Source: Eledone cirrhosa (Eukaryota). From it: a DNA stretch of 64,000 nucleotides. The stretch covers positions 20,460,001-20,524,000 of the forward strand of contig OZ024762.1 in NCBI GenBank assembly GCA_964016885.1, in the 5' to 3' direction. The position numbers and the translations under genes are program-made. Positions 14,285 to 30,625 of the stretch are shown one piece after another; within the stretch, counting starts at the first letter, position 1; each line of letters begins with the position of its first letter. Under the pieces are notes generated by a model that was not told the DNA's origin, did not search any database, and was given only the letters and a program-made list of their open reading frames with translations.

Positions 14285-14421
14285 TTAAAGCACTGGATCT
14301 CATATCCGTTTATGGCTATATTTCACTAAAGCACCGGTCAAATCTGTTTATGGACATATTTCACTAAAGCACCGGTCATATCTGTTTATGGACATATTTT
14401 GCTAAAGCACCGGTCATATCT

Positions 14422-14534
14422 GTTTATGGTCATATTTCATTGATGCACCTGTTATCATCTGACCAAAGTGAAGCAGCATTGAACCTAGCTAGTATTTAGA
14501 TAGCTGACCGCTAAGAAACTTTAGTGCTGTAAGC
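14422..14534 (+). pseudogene. 5S rRNA pseudogene
   Basis: GTTTATGGTCATAT..GCACCTGTT..AAGTGAAGCAG..CTAGTATTTAGATAGCTGACCGC..GTGCTGTAAGC is colinear with the metazoan 5S consensus, with many substitutions. Confidence 0.8.
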
Positions 14535-14541
14535 ATATTTT

Positions 14542-14660
14542 ATTTCCAACCATATCATGCTGAAAACGCTGGTTCTTGTCCAATCACCAAAGTTAAGCAA
14601 TGCCGAACCTATTTAATATTTATATTGACAATAACATGAGAAAACTTGGTGCTATAAATA
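14542..14660 (+). pseudogene. 5S rRNA pseudogene (second, head-to-tail)
   Basis: CAACCATATCATGCTGAAAACGCTGGTTCTTGTCCAATCACCAAAGTTAAGCAA..GGTGCTATAAAT, 119 nt; C-box region degenerate. Confidence 0.85.
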
Positions 14661-15244
14661 TATTTTATGATATGAAGGTGTGTGTTAGTGGTTAGAGTGA
14701 TGATTTAATGACTGTAAGGTCGTGTGTTTGATTTTCTGTTCAGGCAACATGCTGTGTCCTTGAACAAGACTTTATTTCACATTATTCCAGCCCACGTTGA
14801 TCGTTTATACATCAATATTTCCGGCATAAGTTAGATGGGACCTTTTGAGATAAGGTTTTACAATTGGATCCCCTTCTTGGCATAAAGCCTTTTAGTTACT
14901 TTCTACAGTACAGAGATATACGGTGTGTCCCTATTCTAAACTGGATTCACGGAAACATATATATCTATTTCACAATGATGATACATACACACATACATAC
15001 ACACATACATATATATACACACGCATACATATACAAATACATATATATACACACATATATACACACGCATACATATACAAATAATATACTCACATACATA
15101 CACACACATATACACACACACATATATACACACAGACATACACATACATATATACGCATACAACACATATATATCATCATTATTATCATTTAACATCCAT
15201 TTTCCACAATAGCATGGGTTATACATATATACACACACACACAC

Positions 15245-15313
<69 letters not shown>

Positions 15314-15949
15314 GTAACACATAGTAGGCATAAACATACACACATGAACGTATACACAAGCATAGATATACACAAACACATGCACAACCATAACATACAC
15401 ACATGCACACACATGTAGATAAAAAACACATACACAAACTCACACACACGCAGACAATTACACACTGACATTGCAAATACACACACAAATACACACACTC
15501 AGATGTACATAGATACACACACATAAAAACATACATATACATATACACTTAAACAAATATATACACACATACATTCACATTTATCGTTCTGTGCGTATGA
15601 GTGCATATGTGTGTGTCTGTGTGTCTGTGTATGTGTGTGTGTATGTATGTGTATGTGTGTGTGTGTGTATGTGTATGTATGTATGTGTATGTGTGTGTGT
15701 GTGTATGTGTGTGTGTGTAGGTATGTGTGTACGTATGTGTATGTATGTGTGTGTGTATGTGCATGTGTATGTGCGTGTATGTATGTGTGTATGTATATGT
15801 ATGTATGTGTATGTGTATGTATGTATATGTATGTATGTATGTGTGTGTATGCATGTGTGTATGTGTGTGTATGTGTATGTGTGTACTAGTTTTGTGAAAT
15901 AGATATTAAATGTTACAGCGTGGGGTTATGTAAATTCATATCATTAAAC

Positions 15950-17375
15950 AACAGTAACAACAACAACAACAGTAACAAGAGTAACAACAACAACAACAGT
16001 AACAAGAGTAACAACAACAACAACAGTAACAACAACAATTTTACCACAACAACAGTAACAACAACGCTAAAACAAACAAAATAGTAATGAAAGTAAATAT
16101 TTGATTTGTGGTGATGTTGTTGTTACTGTTGTTGTTTGTGGTGATGGTGGTGGTGTTATTGTTGTTGTTTATGGTGATGGTATTGTTGTTGTTTATGGTG
16201 ATGTTATTGTTGTTGTTGTTATTGCTATTTGTGGTGATAGTATTGTTATTCTTGTTAGTGTTGCTGTTTGTAGTGATGGTGATGTATTGTTGTTGTTTGT
16301 ATTGCCGGTGTTGTTGTTGTTGTTGTGTTGATGGTGATGGTGGTGGTGTTGTTGTTGTTGTTTATGGTGATGGTATTGTTGTTGTTGTTATTGCTATTTG
16401 TGGTGATAGTACTGTTATTCTTGTTAGTGTTGCTGCTTGTAGTGATGGTGATGTATTGTTGTTGTTTGTGTTGATGGTGGTGTTGTTGTTGTTGTTGTGT
16501 TGATGGTGGTGTTGTTTGTGGTGATGGTGGTGGTGTTGATGGTGGTGTTGTTACTATTTGTGTTGATGGTGATGTTGTTGTGTTGATGGTGATGGTGGTG
16601 TTGTTTGTGGTGATGGTGGTGGTGTTGTTGTTTGTGTTGATGGTGGTGTTGTTTGTGGTGATGGTGGTGGTGTTGATGGTGGTGTTGTTACTATTTGTGT
16701 TGATGGTGATGTTGTTGTGTTGATGGTGATGGTGGTGTTGTTTGTGGTGATGGTGGTGGTGTTGTTGTTTGTGTTGATGGTGGTGTTGTTACTATTTGTG
16801 TTGATGGTGATGTTGTTGTGTTGATGGTGATGGTGGTGTTGTTTGTGGTGATGGTGGTGGTGTTGTTGTTTGTGTTGATGGTGGTGTTGTTACTATTTGT
16901 GTTGATGGTGATGTTGTTGTCGTTTGTGTTGATGGTGGTGTTGTTACTATTTGTGTTGATGGTGATGTTGGTGTTTGTGTTGATGGTGGTGTTGTTACTA
17001 TTTGTGTTGATGGTGATGTTGTTGTTGTTGTGTTGATGGTGATGTTGTTACTATTTGTGGTGATGGTGTTGTTGGTGTTAGTGTTGGTGGTGTTGTTACT
17101 ATTTGTGGTGATGGTGGTGTTTGTGTTGATGGTATTGGTGTTATTGTTGTTGTTTGTGGTGATGGTGTTGTTCTAGAGGTTGTTGTTACTGGAGGTTGAG
17201 GTTGTTGTTGTTTGTGGTGTTGTTGTTGTTACTGGAGGTTGAGGTTGTTGTTGTTTGTGGTGTTGTTGTTACTGGAGGTTGTTGTTGTTGTTGTTTGTGG
17301 TGTTGTTACTGTAGGTTGAGGTTGTTGTTGTTTGTGGTGTTGTTGTTTGTGAGGTTGTTGTTGTTGTTGTTGTTG
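15950..17375. repeat. (CAA)n and complex (GTT/GGT)n low-complexity tract
   Basis: Directly visible; similar tracts at 23610-24555, 28890-29760, 42230-43210, 47060-47515, 48660-49140, 58800-59800. Confidence 0.95.
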
Positions 17376-17583
17376 ACATCAGGAACTTTCTAGAAACAAT
17401 TCAGTTATTAATAGAGTAGAAAGATATTGTAGGATCAGAGATGATGATGATGTTGTTGTTGTTGATACCAGTATTATTATTATTATCGATATTATTATTA
17501 TTAATATCGTTATTGATATTATTGGTGTATTACATTAACTGAAACCACACAGCCCACATTCAACTCTCTCTCTCTCTCTCATA

Positions 17584-17703
<120 letters not shown>

Positions 17704-17800
17704 AATATATATATACATATATATATATATACATACATATATATATACATACATATATATATACATACATATATATATACATATATATATATATACATAC

Positions 17801-17835
<35 letters not shown>

Positions 17836-17840
17836 CATAC

Positions 17841-17877
<37 letters not shown>

Positions 17878-18005
17878 CATACATATATATATATATATAT
17901 ACATACATATATATATATACATAGATATATATATATGCATACATATATATATATATACATACATATATATATATATACATACATATATATATATATATAT
18001 ACACA

Positions 18006-18047
<42 letters not shown>

Positions 18048-18221
18048 CATATATATAATCACGCGCACAGACAGATAAACATAGACACTCATTCATACAC
18101 CCACGCAGATATTGCACACACACACATGCATATATATATATATATATATACACGCACATACACATGTATGTATATATATATATACACACACATACATGTA
18201 TATATACAATACACACGCACT

Positions 18222-18252
<31 letters not shown>

Positions 18253-18558
18253 AATATGTATACACACACACACATGCATATATATACACACGCACATATG
18301 TATATATATATATATATATATATACACAAAATACACATACATATATATACAATACACACACACACTATATATATATATATACGTAAATATGTATACACAT
18401 GCACACACACATGTATATATATATATATACATATATAAATATATATATATATATATAACATGCTAGTGTGGAAAAATGGATGGTAAACGGCGATGATGAT
18501 GATGATATATATTTATACAGACAGTATATATATAAATCTATATATCTATTTATCTTTC

Positions 18559-18689
<131 letters not shown>

Positions 18690-18764
18690 TATATGTATAT
18701 ATATAAATGTATATATATATATATATATATATAAATGTATATATATATATATAAATATATATAA

Positions 18765-19799
<1,035 letters not shown>

Positions 19800-19977
19800 A
19801 CTGCTCTGTAAATCATCTGATGTTTTTACATTGAGCTACTTAACTTACTGCTAATAAGGTAATACATTACTGCCTACCACTATTTAGGGTGTGTGTAAAA
19901 TACTTATAACTGCATAAGGTTTTGTATTTACATAACCATAAATAGTATAACTAATACTATATATATATATATAAAAG

Positions 19978-20035
<58 letters not shown>

Positions 20036-20088
20036 ATGCTTTTCGCTTTTATATATATGTATATATATATAAATATATATATATATAA

Positions 20089-20162
<74 letters not shown>

Positions 20163-20220
20163 GTATATATATATATATATATATATATAAATGTATATAT
20201 ATATATATATATATATATAA

Positions 20221-20254
<34 letters not shown>

Positions 20255-20257
20255 GTA

Positions 20258-20932
20258 TCATCATCATCATCATCATCAGGTTTAGCGTCCGTGTTCCACG
20301 CTTGCATGGGTTTGGACGGGGGTTTTCCCACTTGAGGCAAGAGTGGTTGTCTTGCTCGCATAGGACTGTCTGGCGGGTTTTCTACAGTTGGATGCCTTCC
20401 TAACACCAACCACATTTACAGTGTGGGGCTGGGAGGTTTTTACCGTGTTGCCTACACGGCCACATTACAGCGTGGACTGTCTGGCGGGTTTTCTACAGCT
20501 GGATGCCCTTCCTAACACCAACCACATTTACAGTGTGGGGCTGGGAGGTTTTTACCGTGTTGCCTACACGGCCACATTTACAGCGTGGACTGTGTGTTTT
20601 TTGTCGTGACACCTACACGATCTCATTTGTTTCGGCCTGGATGTTGTGGGACCAACATAACTTTACATTGAAAGGGGCGGTGTGGGTGGGGTGGAGGTGG
20701 TGGGACGGGGGTGTGTTTTGATAGAGGTGCCTACTGACTGTAGTAGGTTTTTACTTTGTATTTAGGTAAGGCGGGTCTTCTCTATTACTGAGTACCGCCA
20801 AAGGTCTCGGTCCAGTGACATTGTCTTGGAGAGGTGTAAGTATGTGAGGTCGGAATTTATCAGCTCGTCCCATGTTTTTCTGGGTCTGCCTACTCCGTGG
20901 CTACCGTCTATCTTTATTGCCCTGCACTTTGT
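20258..20932 (-). mobile_element. 5'-truncated RTE-clade LINE family D
   Basis: Minus frame KCRAIKIDGSHGVGRPRKTWDELINSDLTYLHLSKTMSLDRDLWRYSVIEKTRLT* (RTE C-terminal GRP..W..DR..WR motif), then long 3' UTR with 2 x 112-bp units and (TGA)n tail. Confidence 0.88.
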
Positions 20933-20935
20933 TAT

Positions 20936-20990
<55 letters not shown>

Positions 20991-21022
20991 GGTAGCATGG
21001 AAAAATGGACATGTGATGATGA

Positions 21023-21067
<45 letters not shown>

Positions 21068-21096
21068 ATACACAGATACGTATGTTATATACACAC

Positions 21097-21137
<41 letters not shown>

Positions 21138-21254
21138 CATACAGAATATATATATCAGTGCTATTCAATAATCAATGTGGCCGTAAGACTATATTAAAAG
21201 CCAACAAATTGTTTCCCAAACCAGACTGGAACTTCTACTGAGTTAAATTGGTTG

Positions 21255-23520
21255 CACCATAGCCATACTTCTACACTGATGCACCAGTTGTACCTTCTGT
21301 TGCACCATACTTCTACACTGATGCACCAGTTGTACCTTCTGTTGCACCATACTTCTACACTGATGCACCATTTGTACCTTCTGTTGCACCATACTTCTAC
21401 ACTGATGCACCAGTTGTACCTTCTGTTGCACCATACTTCTACACTGATGCACCAGTTGTACCTTCTGTTGCACCATACTTCTACACTGATGCACCAGTTG
21501 TACCTTCTGTTGCACCATACTTTTGCACTGATTGCACCAGTTGTACCTTCTGTTGCACCATACTTTTACACTGATGCACCAGTTGTACCTTCTGCTGCAC
21601 CATACTTTTACACTGATGCACCAGTTGTACCTTCTGTTGCACCATACTTCTACACTGATGCACCAGTTGTACCTTCTGTTGCACCATACTTTTACACTGA
21701 TGCACCAGTTGTACCTTCTGTTGCACCATACTTCTACACTGATGCACCAGTTGTACCTTCTGTTGCACCATACTTTTACACTGATGCACCAGTTGTACCT
21801 TCTGTTGCACCATACTTTTACACTGATGCACCAGTCGTACCTTCTGTTGCACCATACTTTTACACTGATGCACCAGTTGTACCTTCTGTTGCACCATACT
21901 TTTACACTGATGCAACAGTTGTACCTTCTGTTGCACCATACTTTTACACTGATGCACCAGTTGTACCTTCTGTTGCACCATACTTTTACACTGATGCAAC
22001 AGTTGTACCTTCTGTTGCACCATACTTTTACATTGATGCACCAGTTGTACCTTCTGTTGCACCATACTTCTACACGGATGCACCAGTTGTACCTTCTGTT
22101 GCACCATACTTCTACACTGATGCACCAGTTGTACCTTCTGTTGCACCATACTTCTACACTGATGCACCAGTTGTACCTTCTGTTGCACCATACTTCTACA
22201 CTGATGCACCAGTTGTACCTTCTGTTGCACCATACTTTTGCACTGATTGCACCAGTTGTACCTTCTGTTGCACCATACTTTTACACTGATGCACCAGTTG
22301 TACCTTCTGTTGCACCATACTTTTACACTGATTGCACCAGTTGTACCTTCTGTTGCACCATACTTTTACACTGATGCACCAGTTGTACCTTCTGTTGCAC
22401 CATACTTCTACACGGATGCACCAGTTGTACCTTCTGTTGCACCATACTTTTACACTGATGCACCAGTTGTACCTTCTGTTGCACCATAGTTTCACACTGA
22501 TGCACCAGTTGTACCTTCTGTTGCACCATACTTTTACACTGATGCACCAGTTGTACCTTCTGTTGCACCATACTTCTACACTGATGCACCAGTTGTACCT
22601 TCTGTTGCACCATACTTCTACACTGATGCACCAGTTGTACCTTCTGTTGCACCATACTTCTACACTGATGCACCAGTTGTACCTTCTGTTGCACCATACT
22701 TCTACACTGATGCACCAGTTGTACCTTCTGTTGCACCATACTTTTACTCTGATGCACCAGTTGTACCTTCTGTTGTACCATAGTTTCACACTGATGCACC
22801 AGTTGTACCTTCTGTTGCACCATACTTTTACACTGATGCACCAGTTTTACCTTCTGTTGCACCATACTTTTACACTGATGCACCAGTTGTACCTTCTGTT
22901 GCACCATACTTTTACACTGATGCACCAGTTGTACCTTCTGTTGCACCATAGCCATACTTTTACACTGATGGACCAGGTGTACCTTCTGTTGCACCATACT
23001 TTTACACTGATTGCACCAGTTGTACCTTCTGTTGCACCATACTTTTACACTGATTGCACCAGTTGTACCTTCTGTTGCACCATACTTTTACACTGATGCA
23101 CCAGTTGTACCTTCTGTTGCACCATACTTTTACACTGATGCACCAGTTGTACCTTCTGTTGCACCATACTTTTACACCGATACCTTCTGTTGTACCATAG
23201 TTTTACACCGATACCTTCTGTTGCACCATAGTTTTACACTGATGCACCAATTTTATCTTCTGTTGCACCATAGTTTTACACTGATGCCTTCTGTTGCACC
23301 ATAGTTTTACACTGATGCACTAGTTGTACCTTCTGTTGCACCATAGTTTTACACTGATACCCTCTGATGCACCATAGTTTTACACTGATGCACCAGTTGT
23401 ACCTTCTGTTGCACCATAGTATTAAACCGATACCTTCTGATGCACCATAGTTTTACACAAATACCTTCTGTTGCACCAGTTGTACTTTCTGTTGCACCAG
23501 TTGTACCTTCTGTTGCACCA
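21255..23520. repeat. 42-bp minisatellite, ~50+ copies
   Basis: Unit GCACCAGTTGTACCTTCTGTT-GCACCATACTTYTACACTGAT; occasional 43-bp units; degenerates at the right end. Confidence 0.97.
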
Positions 23521-25266
23521 CAGTTGTTGCTGTTGCACTTGTTTTACCTGCAGCTGCATCGGTCTTACATGCAATTGCACCACAGATTTATCTGTTGTTA
23601 CACCATAGTTTTACCACCACCACTACACAGTAACCCCCACCAACACCCCGACTGCAACAATAACCCCCACCACCATCAATACTACCACAGTAACCCCCAC
23701 CACTACCACAACCACCACCAGTACTATAATAACCACTACTACCACAGTAACCACCACCACTACCACAATAACCACTACACCACAACAACCACCACCAGTA
23801 CTATAATAACCACTACTACCACAGTAACCCCCACCACTACCACAACCATCACCAGTACTATAATAACCACTACTACCACAGTAACCACTACACCACAACA
23901 ACCACCACTACTACCACAGTAACCACCACCACTACCACAATAACCACACCACCACTACCACAACCACCACCAGTACTATAATAACCACTACTACCACAGT
24001 AACCATCACCACTACCACAACCACCACCACCAGTACTATAGCCACTAGTACCACAATAACCACTACCACAACCACCACCAGTACTACTACAGTAACCATC
24101 ACCACTACCACAACCACCACAATAACCACTGGTACCACAATAACCACTACCACAACCACCACCAGTACTATAATAACCACTACTACTACAGTAACCATCA
24201 CCACTACCACAACCACCACCACCACCAGTACTATAGCCACTAGTACCACAATAACCACTACCACAACCACCACCAGTACTATAATAACCACTACTACCAC
24301 AGTAACCATCACCACTACCACAACCACCACCACCACCAGTACTATAGCCACTAGTACCACAATAACCACTACCACAACCACCACAATAACCACTGGTACC
24401 ACAATAACCACTACCACAACCACCACCAGTACTATAATAACCACTACTACTACAGTAATCATCACCACTACCACAACCAACACCACCACCAGTACTATAA
24501 CCACTACCACAACCACCACCAGTACTATAATAACCACTACTAACACAGTAACCACTGCTGACGCTTCACTGAGCTAACCAATGGGAACCTATATATAGAC
24601 ACAGAACCTGCAAGAAATAGCAGCTCAAATTTCCCTCATATTTCACCCTACAGTCTTTAAACTTTTTGCTACCCTATTTCTAATGAAATAGGCTTTTTTC
24701 AATTAGTTAATGAAGAATCTTAAGAAATTTACTAAAATCATTAATTATTTTATTACTAAGATAGTAACTTAAATGTTTCTTATATAAAAGTATGTTGGTA
24801 GATTTTAATTTAACCCTTTAACATTTACATTATATATTTACCCCCACCCCATCCACACCACCCCTTTCAATGTAAAGTTATGTTGGTGTCACAACATCCA
24901 GCTCGAAACAAATGAGGTCGTGTAGGTGTCACGACAAAAAAAACACACAGTCCACGCTGTAATGTGGCCGTGTAGGGGCAACACGGTAAAAACCTCCCAG
25001 TCCACACTGTAAATGTGGTTGGTGTTAGGAAGGGCATCCAGCCGTAGAAAACCCGCCAGACAGTCCTATGCGAGCAAGACAACCATCTGATGATGATTTA
25101 CTACTGTATTTTCAAGGTAAAGTCTTTATCTCACATAATATAGATCTATGAGATGTTGATACTATTTATTTTGAGAACAATACCTTAACATCAGAATGAG
25201 TGGTCAGATACGGCCAGTTTGAACAGAAAGAGGTGAGAGAATTCTGGTCAGATACAGCTGGTTTAA

Positions 25267-25476
25267 CCCTTTAGCATTTAAACCGGCCGTATCCAGCCAG
25301 AACATTCTCTCACCTATTTCTGTTCAAATCGACTGTGACTGGCCACTCATATTTATGTTAAGGTATTGTTCTCAAAATAAATAATATTAAAATCTCATAG
25401 ATTTGATATCATGTGAGGTAAAGCCTTTACTGTGAAAATATAATAATATATATAGAGTAATGTAAATGGTAAAGGG
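25267..25476 (+). mobile_element. piggyBac-type MITE, basic ~210-bp copy
   Basis: TTAA|CCCTTTAGCATTTAAAC...GTAAATGGTAAAGGG; others at 24814-25262(-), 32082-32291, 32296-32510(-), 32834-33425(-), 54744-55036. Confidence 0.8.
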
Positions 25477-26112
25477 TCAAATAAGGACTGCATGCATACA
25501 TGTTCCCGTAACTCCCGAGGGAGTCATAAGGAAATTGTATTGACATACAGCATTTCTAGGGCATTTTTAAACCTGGTGGAGCCCATCTCCTTTCCAGGTC
25601 TAAATACAGCAGATTTCTTCAAGAGAAAGAGAGAGATAAAAAATGTAAGTGGGAAAGAGTTGGGGAAGAATCGACCTCAGTATTTGACTGGTACTTTTTT
25701 TATCAACCTTGAATGGCTGAAAGGCAAAGTTGACCACGAAATAAGGACTAAGGACCCTTTAAAATGGGCTGTTTTGTTTTGTAAACCCAGAGCTGGTTAG
25801 AAGCAGGGTCGGTATTTAAATAATGAATGAAGAATTTTGAATGAGTTAGTAAAATTAATTGTTTCTACTTTTGGCACAAGGCCAGCAATTACCCCAGTAC
25901 ATTACTGGTACTTTATTTTATCGACCCCGTAAGGATGAAAGGCAAAGTTAACCTCAATGGGATTTGAAGTCAGATCATAAAGGGACGTAACTATGCTGGA
26001 AAGCATGGCGTCCGACCCTCTACTGATACTGCCAATTCACCTAGTAAAATTAATGATTATTTAATTAAGAGAGTAACTTAAATGGTTCTTATATTGGAAG
26101 ATTTTAATTTAA

Positions 26113-28440
26113 CCCTTTAGTATTTAAACCAGCCATATCTGGCCAGAACTCTCTCACCTCTTTCTGTCCATAACTGACCACTCATACTGACATTAAGGTA
26201 TTCTTCTCAAAATAAATAATATCAAAATCTCATAGATTCGATAGTATGTGACATAGTTATGTGAAATAAAGCCTTTACCATGAAAATACAATAGTATATA
26301 TAGAGTTATGTAAATGTTATGTGACATAGTTATGTGAGATAAAGCCTTTACCATGAAAATACAATAGTATATATAGAGTTATGTAAATGTTATGTGATAT
26401 ATTATGTGAGATAAAGCCTTTACCATGAAAATACAATAGTATATATAGAGTTATGTAAATGTTATGTGACATGGTTATGTGAGATAAAGCCTTTACCATG
26501 AAAATACAATAGTATATATAGAGTTATGTAAATGTTATGTGACATAGTTATGTGAGATAAAGCCTTTACCATGAAAATACAATAGTATATATAGAGTTAT
26601 GTAAATGTTATGTGACATAGTTATGTGAGATAAAGCCTTTACCATGAAAATACAATAGTATATATAGAGTTATGTAAATGTTATGTGACATAGTTATGTG
26701 AGATAAAGCCTTTACCATGAAAATACAATAGTATATATAGAGTTATGTAAATGTTATGTGACATAGTTATGTGAGATAAAGCCTTTACCATGAAAATACA
26801 ATAGTATATATAGAGTTATGTAAATGTTATGTGACATGGTTATGTGAGATAAAGCCTTTACCATGAAAATACAATAGTATATATAGAGTTATGTAAATGT
26901 TATGTGACATGGTTATGTGAGATAAAGCCTTTACCATGAAAATACAATAGTATATATAGAGTTATGTAAATGTTATGTGACATAGTTATGTGAGATAAAG
27001 CCTTTACCATGAAAATACAATAGTATATATAGAGTTATGTAAATGTTATGTGACATAGTTATGTGAGATAAAGCCTTTACCATGAAAATACAATAGTATA
27101 TATAGAGTTATGTAAATGTTATGTGACATAGTTATGTGAGATAAAGCCTTTACCATGAAAATACAATAGTATATATAGAGTTATGTAAATGTTATGTGAC
27201 ATAGTTATGTGAGATAAAGCCTTTACCATGAAAATACAATAGTATACATAGAGTTATGTAAATGTTATGTGACATAGTTATGTGAAATAAAGCCTTTACC
27301 ATGAAAATACAATAGTATATATAGAGTAATGTAAATGTTATGTGACATAGTTATGTGAGATAAAGCCTTTACCATGAAAATACAATAGTATATATAGAGT
27401 TATGTAAATGTTATGTGACATAGTTATGTGAGATAAAGCCTTTACCATGAAAATACAATAGTATATATAGAGTTATGTAAATGTTATGTGACATAGTTAT
27501 GTGAGATAAAGCCTTTACCATGAAAATACAATAGTATATATAGAGTTATGTAAATGTTATGTGACATAGTTATGTGAGATAAAGCCTTTACCATGAAAAT
27601 ACAATAGTATATATAGAGTTATGTAAATGTTATGTGACATAGTTATGTGAGATAAAGCCTTTACCATGAAAATACAATAGTATATATAGAGTTATGTAAA
27701 TGTTATGTGACATAGTTATGTGAGATAAAGCCTTTACCATGAAAATACAATAGTATATATAGAGTTATGTAAATGTTATGTGACATAGTTATGTGAGATA
27801 AAGCCTTTACCATGAAAATACAATAGTATATATAGAGTTATGTAAATGTTATGTGACATAGTTATGTGAGATAAAGCCTTTACCATGAAAATACAATAGT
27901 ATATATAGAGTTATGTAAATGTTATGTGACATGGTTATGTGAGATAAAGCCTTTACCATGAAAATACAATAGTATATATAGAGTTATGTAAATGTTATGT
28001 GACATAGTTATGTGAGATAAAGCCTTTACCATGAAAATACAATAGTATATATAGAGTTATGTAAATGTTATGTGACATAGTTATGTGAGATAAAGCCTTT
28101 ACCATGAAAATACAATAGTATATATAGAGTTATGTAAATGTTATGTGACATAGTTATGTGAGATAAAGCCTTTACCATGAAAATACAATAGTATATATAG
28201 AGTTATGTAAATGTTATGTGACATGGTTATGTGAGATAAAGCCTTTACCATGAAAATACAATAGTATATATAGAGTTATGTAAATGTTATGTGACATAGT
28301 TATGTGAGATAAAGCCTTTACCATGAAAATACAATAGTATATATAGAGTTATGTAAATGTTATGTGACATGGTTATGTGAGATAAAGCCTTTACCATGAA
28401 AATACAATAGTATATATAGAGTTATGTAAATGTTAAAGGT
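26113..28440 (+). mobile_element. piggyBac-type MITE expanded by ~30 x 73-bp tandem array
   Basis: Left TIR at 26113, right end TGTTAAAGG at ~28440; unit TATGTGAGATAAAGCCTTTACCATGAAAATACAATAGTATATATAGAGTTATGTAAATGTTATGTGACATAGT. Confidence 0.9.
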
Positions 28441-28984
28441 TTTAATAAGGACTAAGAACCCTTTAAAATAGATTGTTTTGTTTCGCAGGGGCTGTGTTGG
28501 TATTGAAAGGGTTAATGAAGAATTAAAAAAAAAAAATAGATAATGGAAACATTGGTTAATGTAGTCCTATATAGATTTTGACTAGGGATAGTCCTGTTTG
28601 GAATGCCTCTTTGATCATGTCTGATTGGTTGGGGCTGGCCTAGGGCTAAACAACAATAATTATTACAACTTTACTGAACCAACATAGGAGCCTATGTGTG
28701 GTCACTCAATGTGCTAGAAATAGCAGTGAAATATCCCTCAAGTCACACTCCACAGTCTAGAAAAAGAAAGACGATGAAAACAAGGTCGTTTTATGTATGA
28801 CTAGGGGTGGTCATGGTTGGTATGACTTTCTTGATCACACAGCAGCATAGGCATGGCTAGCCTAGGGCTGAATTGCAACAACAACTAACATTTACTGCTG
28901 CTGCTGTTGCCACTACCACCACCAATGCTACTACTACTACAGCTATTACTGTTACTACTACCACCACCACTATTGCTGCTGCTG

Positions 28985-29043
<59 letters not shown>

Positions 29044-30174
29044 ACTACTACTGCTGCTGCTGCTGCTACTACTGCTACTACTGCTGCTTCTACTACTACT
29101 GCTGCTGCTGCTACTACTGCTGCTGCTGCTACTACTACTGCTGCTGCTGCTAGTACTACTACTGATGCTGCTACTACTACTACTGCTACCACTGATGCTG
29201 CCACTACTACTACTGCTGCTGCTACTACTACTACTACTACTATTTCACCAAATAAACTCCAGTCCCCTTTTACTAGCATCACCACTACAACCACCACCAT
29301 CACCATTACCTCCACCACCTCCACTACAACAACCACCAACACCACCACCACCACCACCACCACCATTACCACCACCGTCACCACCACAACAACAACCTCC
29401 ACCACCATTACCACTACCACCACCACAACAACATCACCACCACCCACCACCACAATAACCTCCACCACCACCATTACCACCACCACTACCACTACAACCA
29501 CGACCACCACCACCACCACTATCACCACAACCAGCCCCGCCACCACTACCACCACCACCACCACTATCACCACAACCAGCCCCGCCACCACCGCCACCAC
29601 CACCACCACTACTACCACTACCAGTACAACCAGCACCACTATCACCACAACCGGCCCCGCCACCACCACCACCACCATCACCACCACTACCACTACCACT
29701 ACAACCAGCACCACTACCACCACAACCACCACCGCCACCACCACCACCACCACCACCACCACACTTTCCTCTGCTTCTGTAGACGTAATTAGCAAATAAA
29801 CTATATTGATTTCTAGCCAGGCTTTGTGGCAGCAAGAAATTGACCATGTTGCTTCATAAGCGAATACTGTATTTGAGGCATTGCACTAGAGATATCGCTT
29901 TAGGCTATACATATTGATCATTAATACAGTTTGGAGAAATTGGTTTACGCACAAGCTCAATCAATCTGGTGGACACACGGCCAAGTTCAGATCAACAGCC
30001 TGGCTATAAATATTTGCATTTATCTTGATTTTTTTTTAACCCTTTCATTATTGTCTATGATTTTAAAATGATTTTAAAATTCAGAATTGGAAGAGATTTA
30101 GTAATATAACTAACTTACTCGTTATTTAACCCTCCAGTGGGGTGGATTGGCAGTATCGGTAGAGGGTCAGACAT

Positions 30175-30622
30175 GCTTTCCAGCGTAGTGACGTCCCTTT
30201 CCGATCTGAGTTCAAATCCCGCCGAGGTTGACTTTGCCTTTCATCCTTACGGGGTCGATAAAATAAAGTACCAGTAATGCACTGGGTAATTGCTGGCCTT
30301 GTGCCAATAGTAGAAACAATTATTCTTTCCAGCGTAGTGACGTCCCTTTACGATCTGAGTTCAAATCCCGCCGAGGTTAACTTTGCCTTTCATCCTTACG
30401 GGGTCGATAAAATAAAGTACCAGTAATGCACTGGGTAATTGCTGGCCTTGTGCCAATAGTAGAAACAATTATTCTTTCCAGCGTAGTGACGTCCCTTTAC
30501 GATCTGAGTTCAAATCCCGCCGAGGTTAACTTTGCCTTTCATCCTTACGGGGTCGATAAAATAAAGTACCAGTAATGTACTGGGTAATTTCTGGCCTTGT
30601 GCCAATAGTAGAAACAATTATT
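30175..30622 (+). repeat. 3 x 149-bp tandem copies of the SINE group B body
   Basis: CAGCGTAGTGACGTCCC at 30181, 30330, 30479. Confidence 0.92.
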
Positions 30623-30625
30623 TAA

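Noticed and set aside
28857-29847. Thr/Ala-rich mucin-like and Gly-rich ORFs (also 42183-43235, 58626-59903)
   Set aside because: Trinucleotide (ACC/ACT/GCT) tracts open in most frames, with no convincing start or domain.
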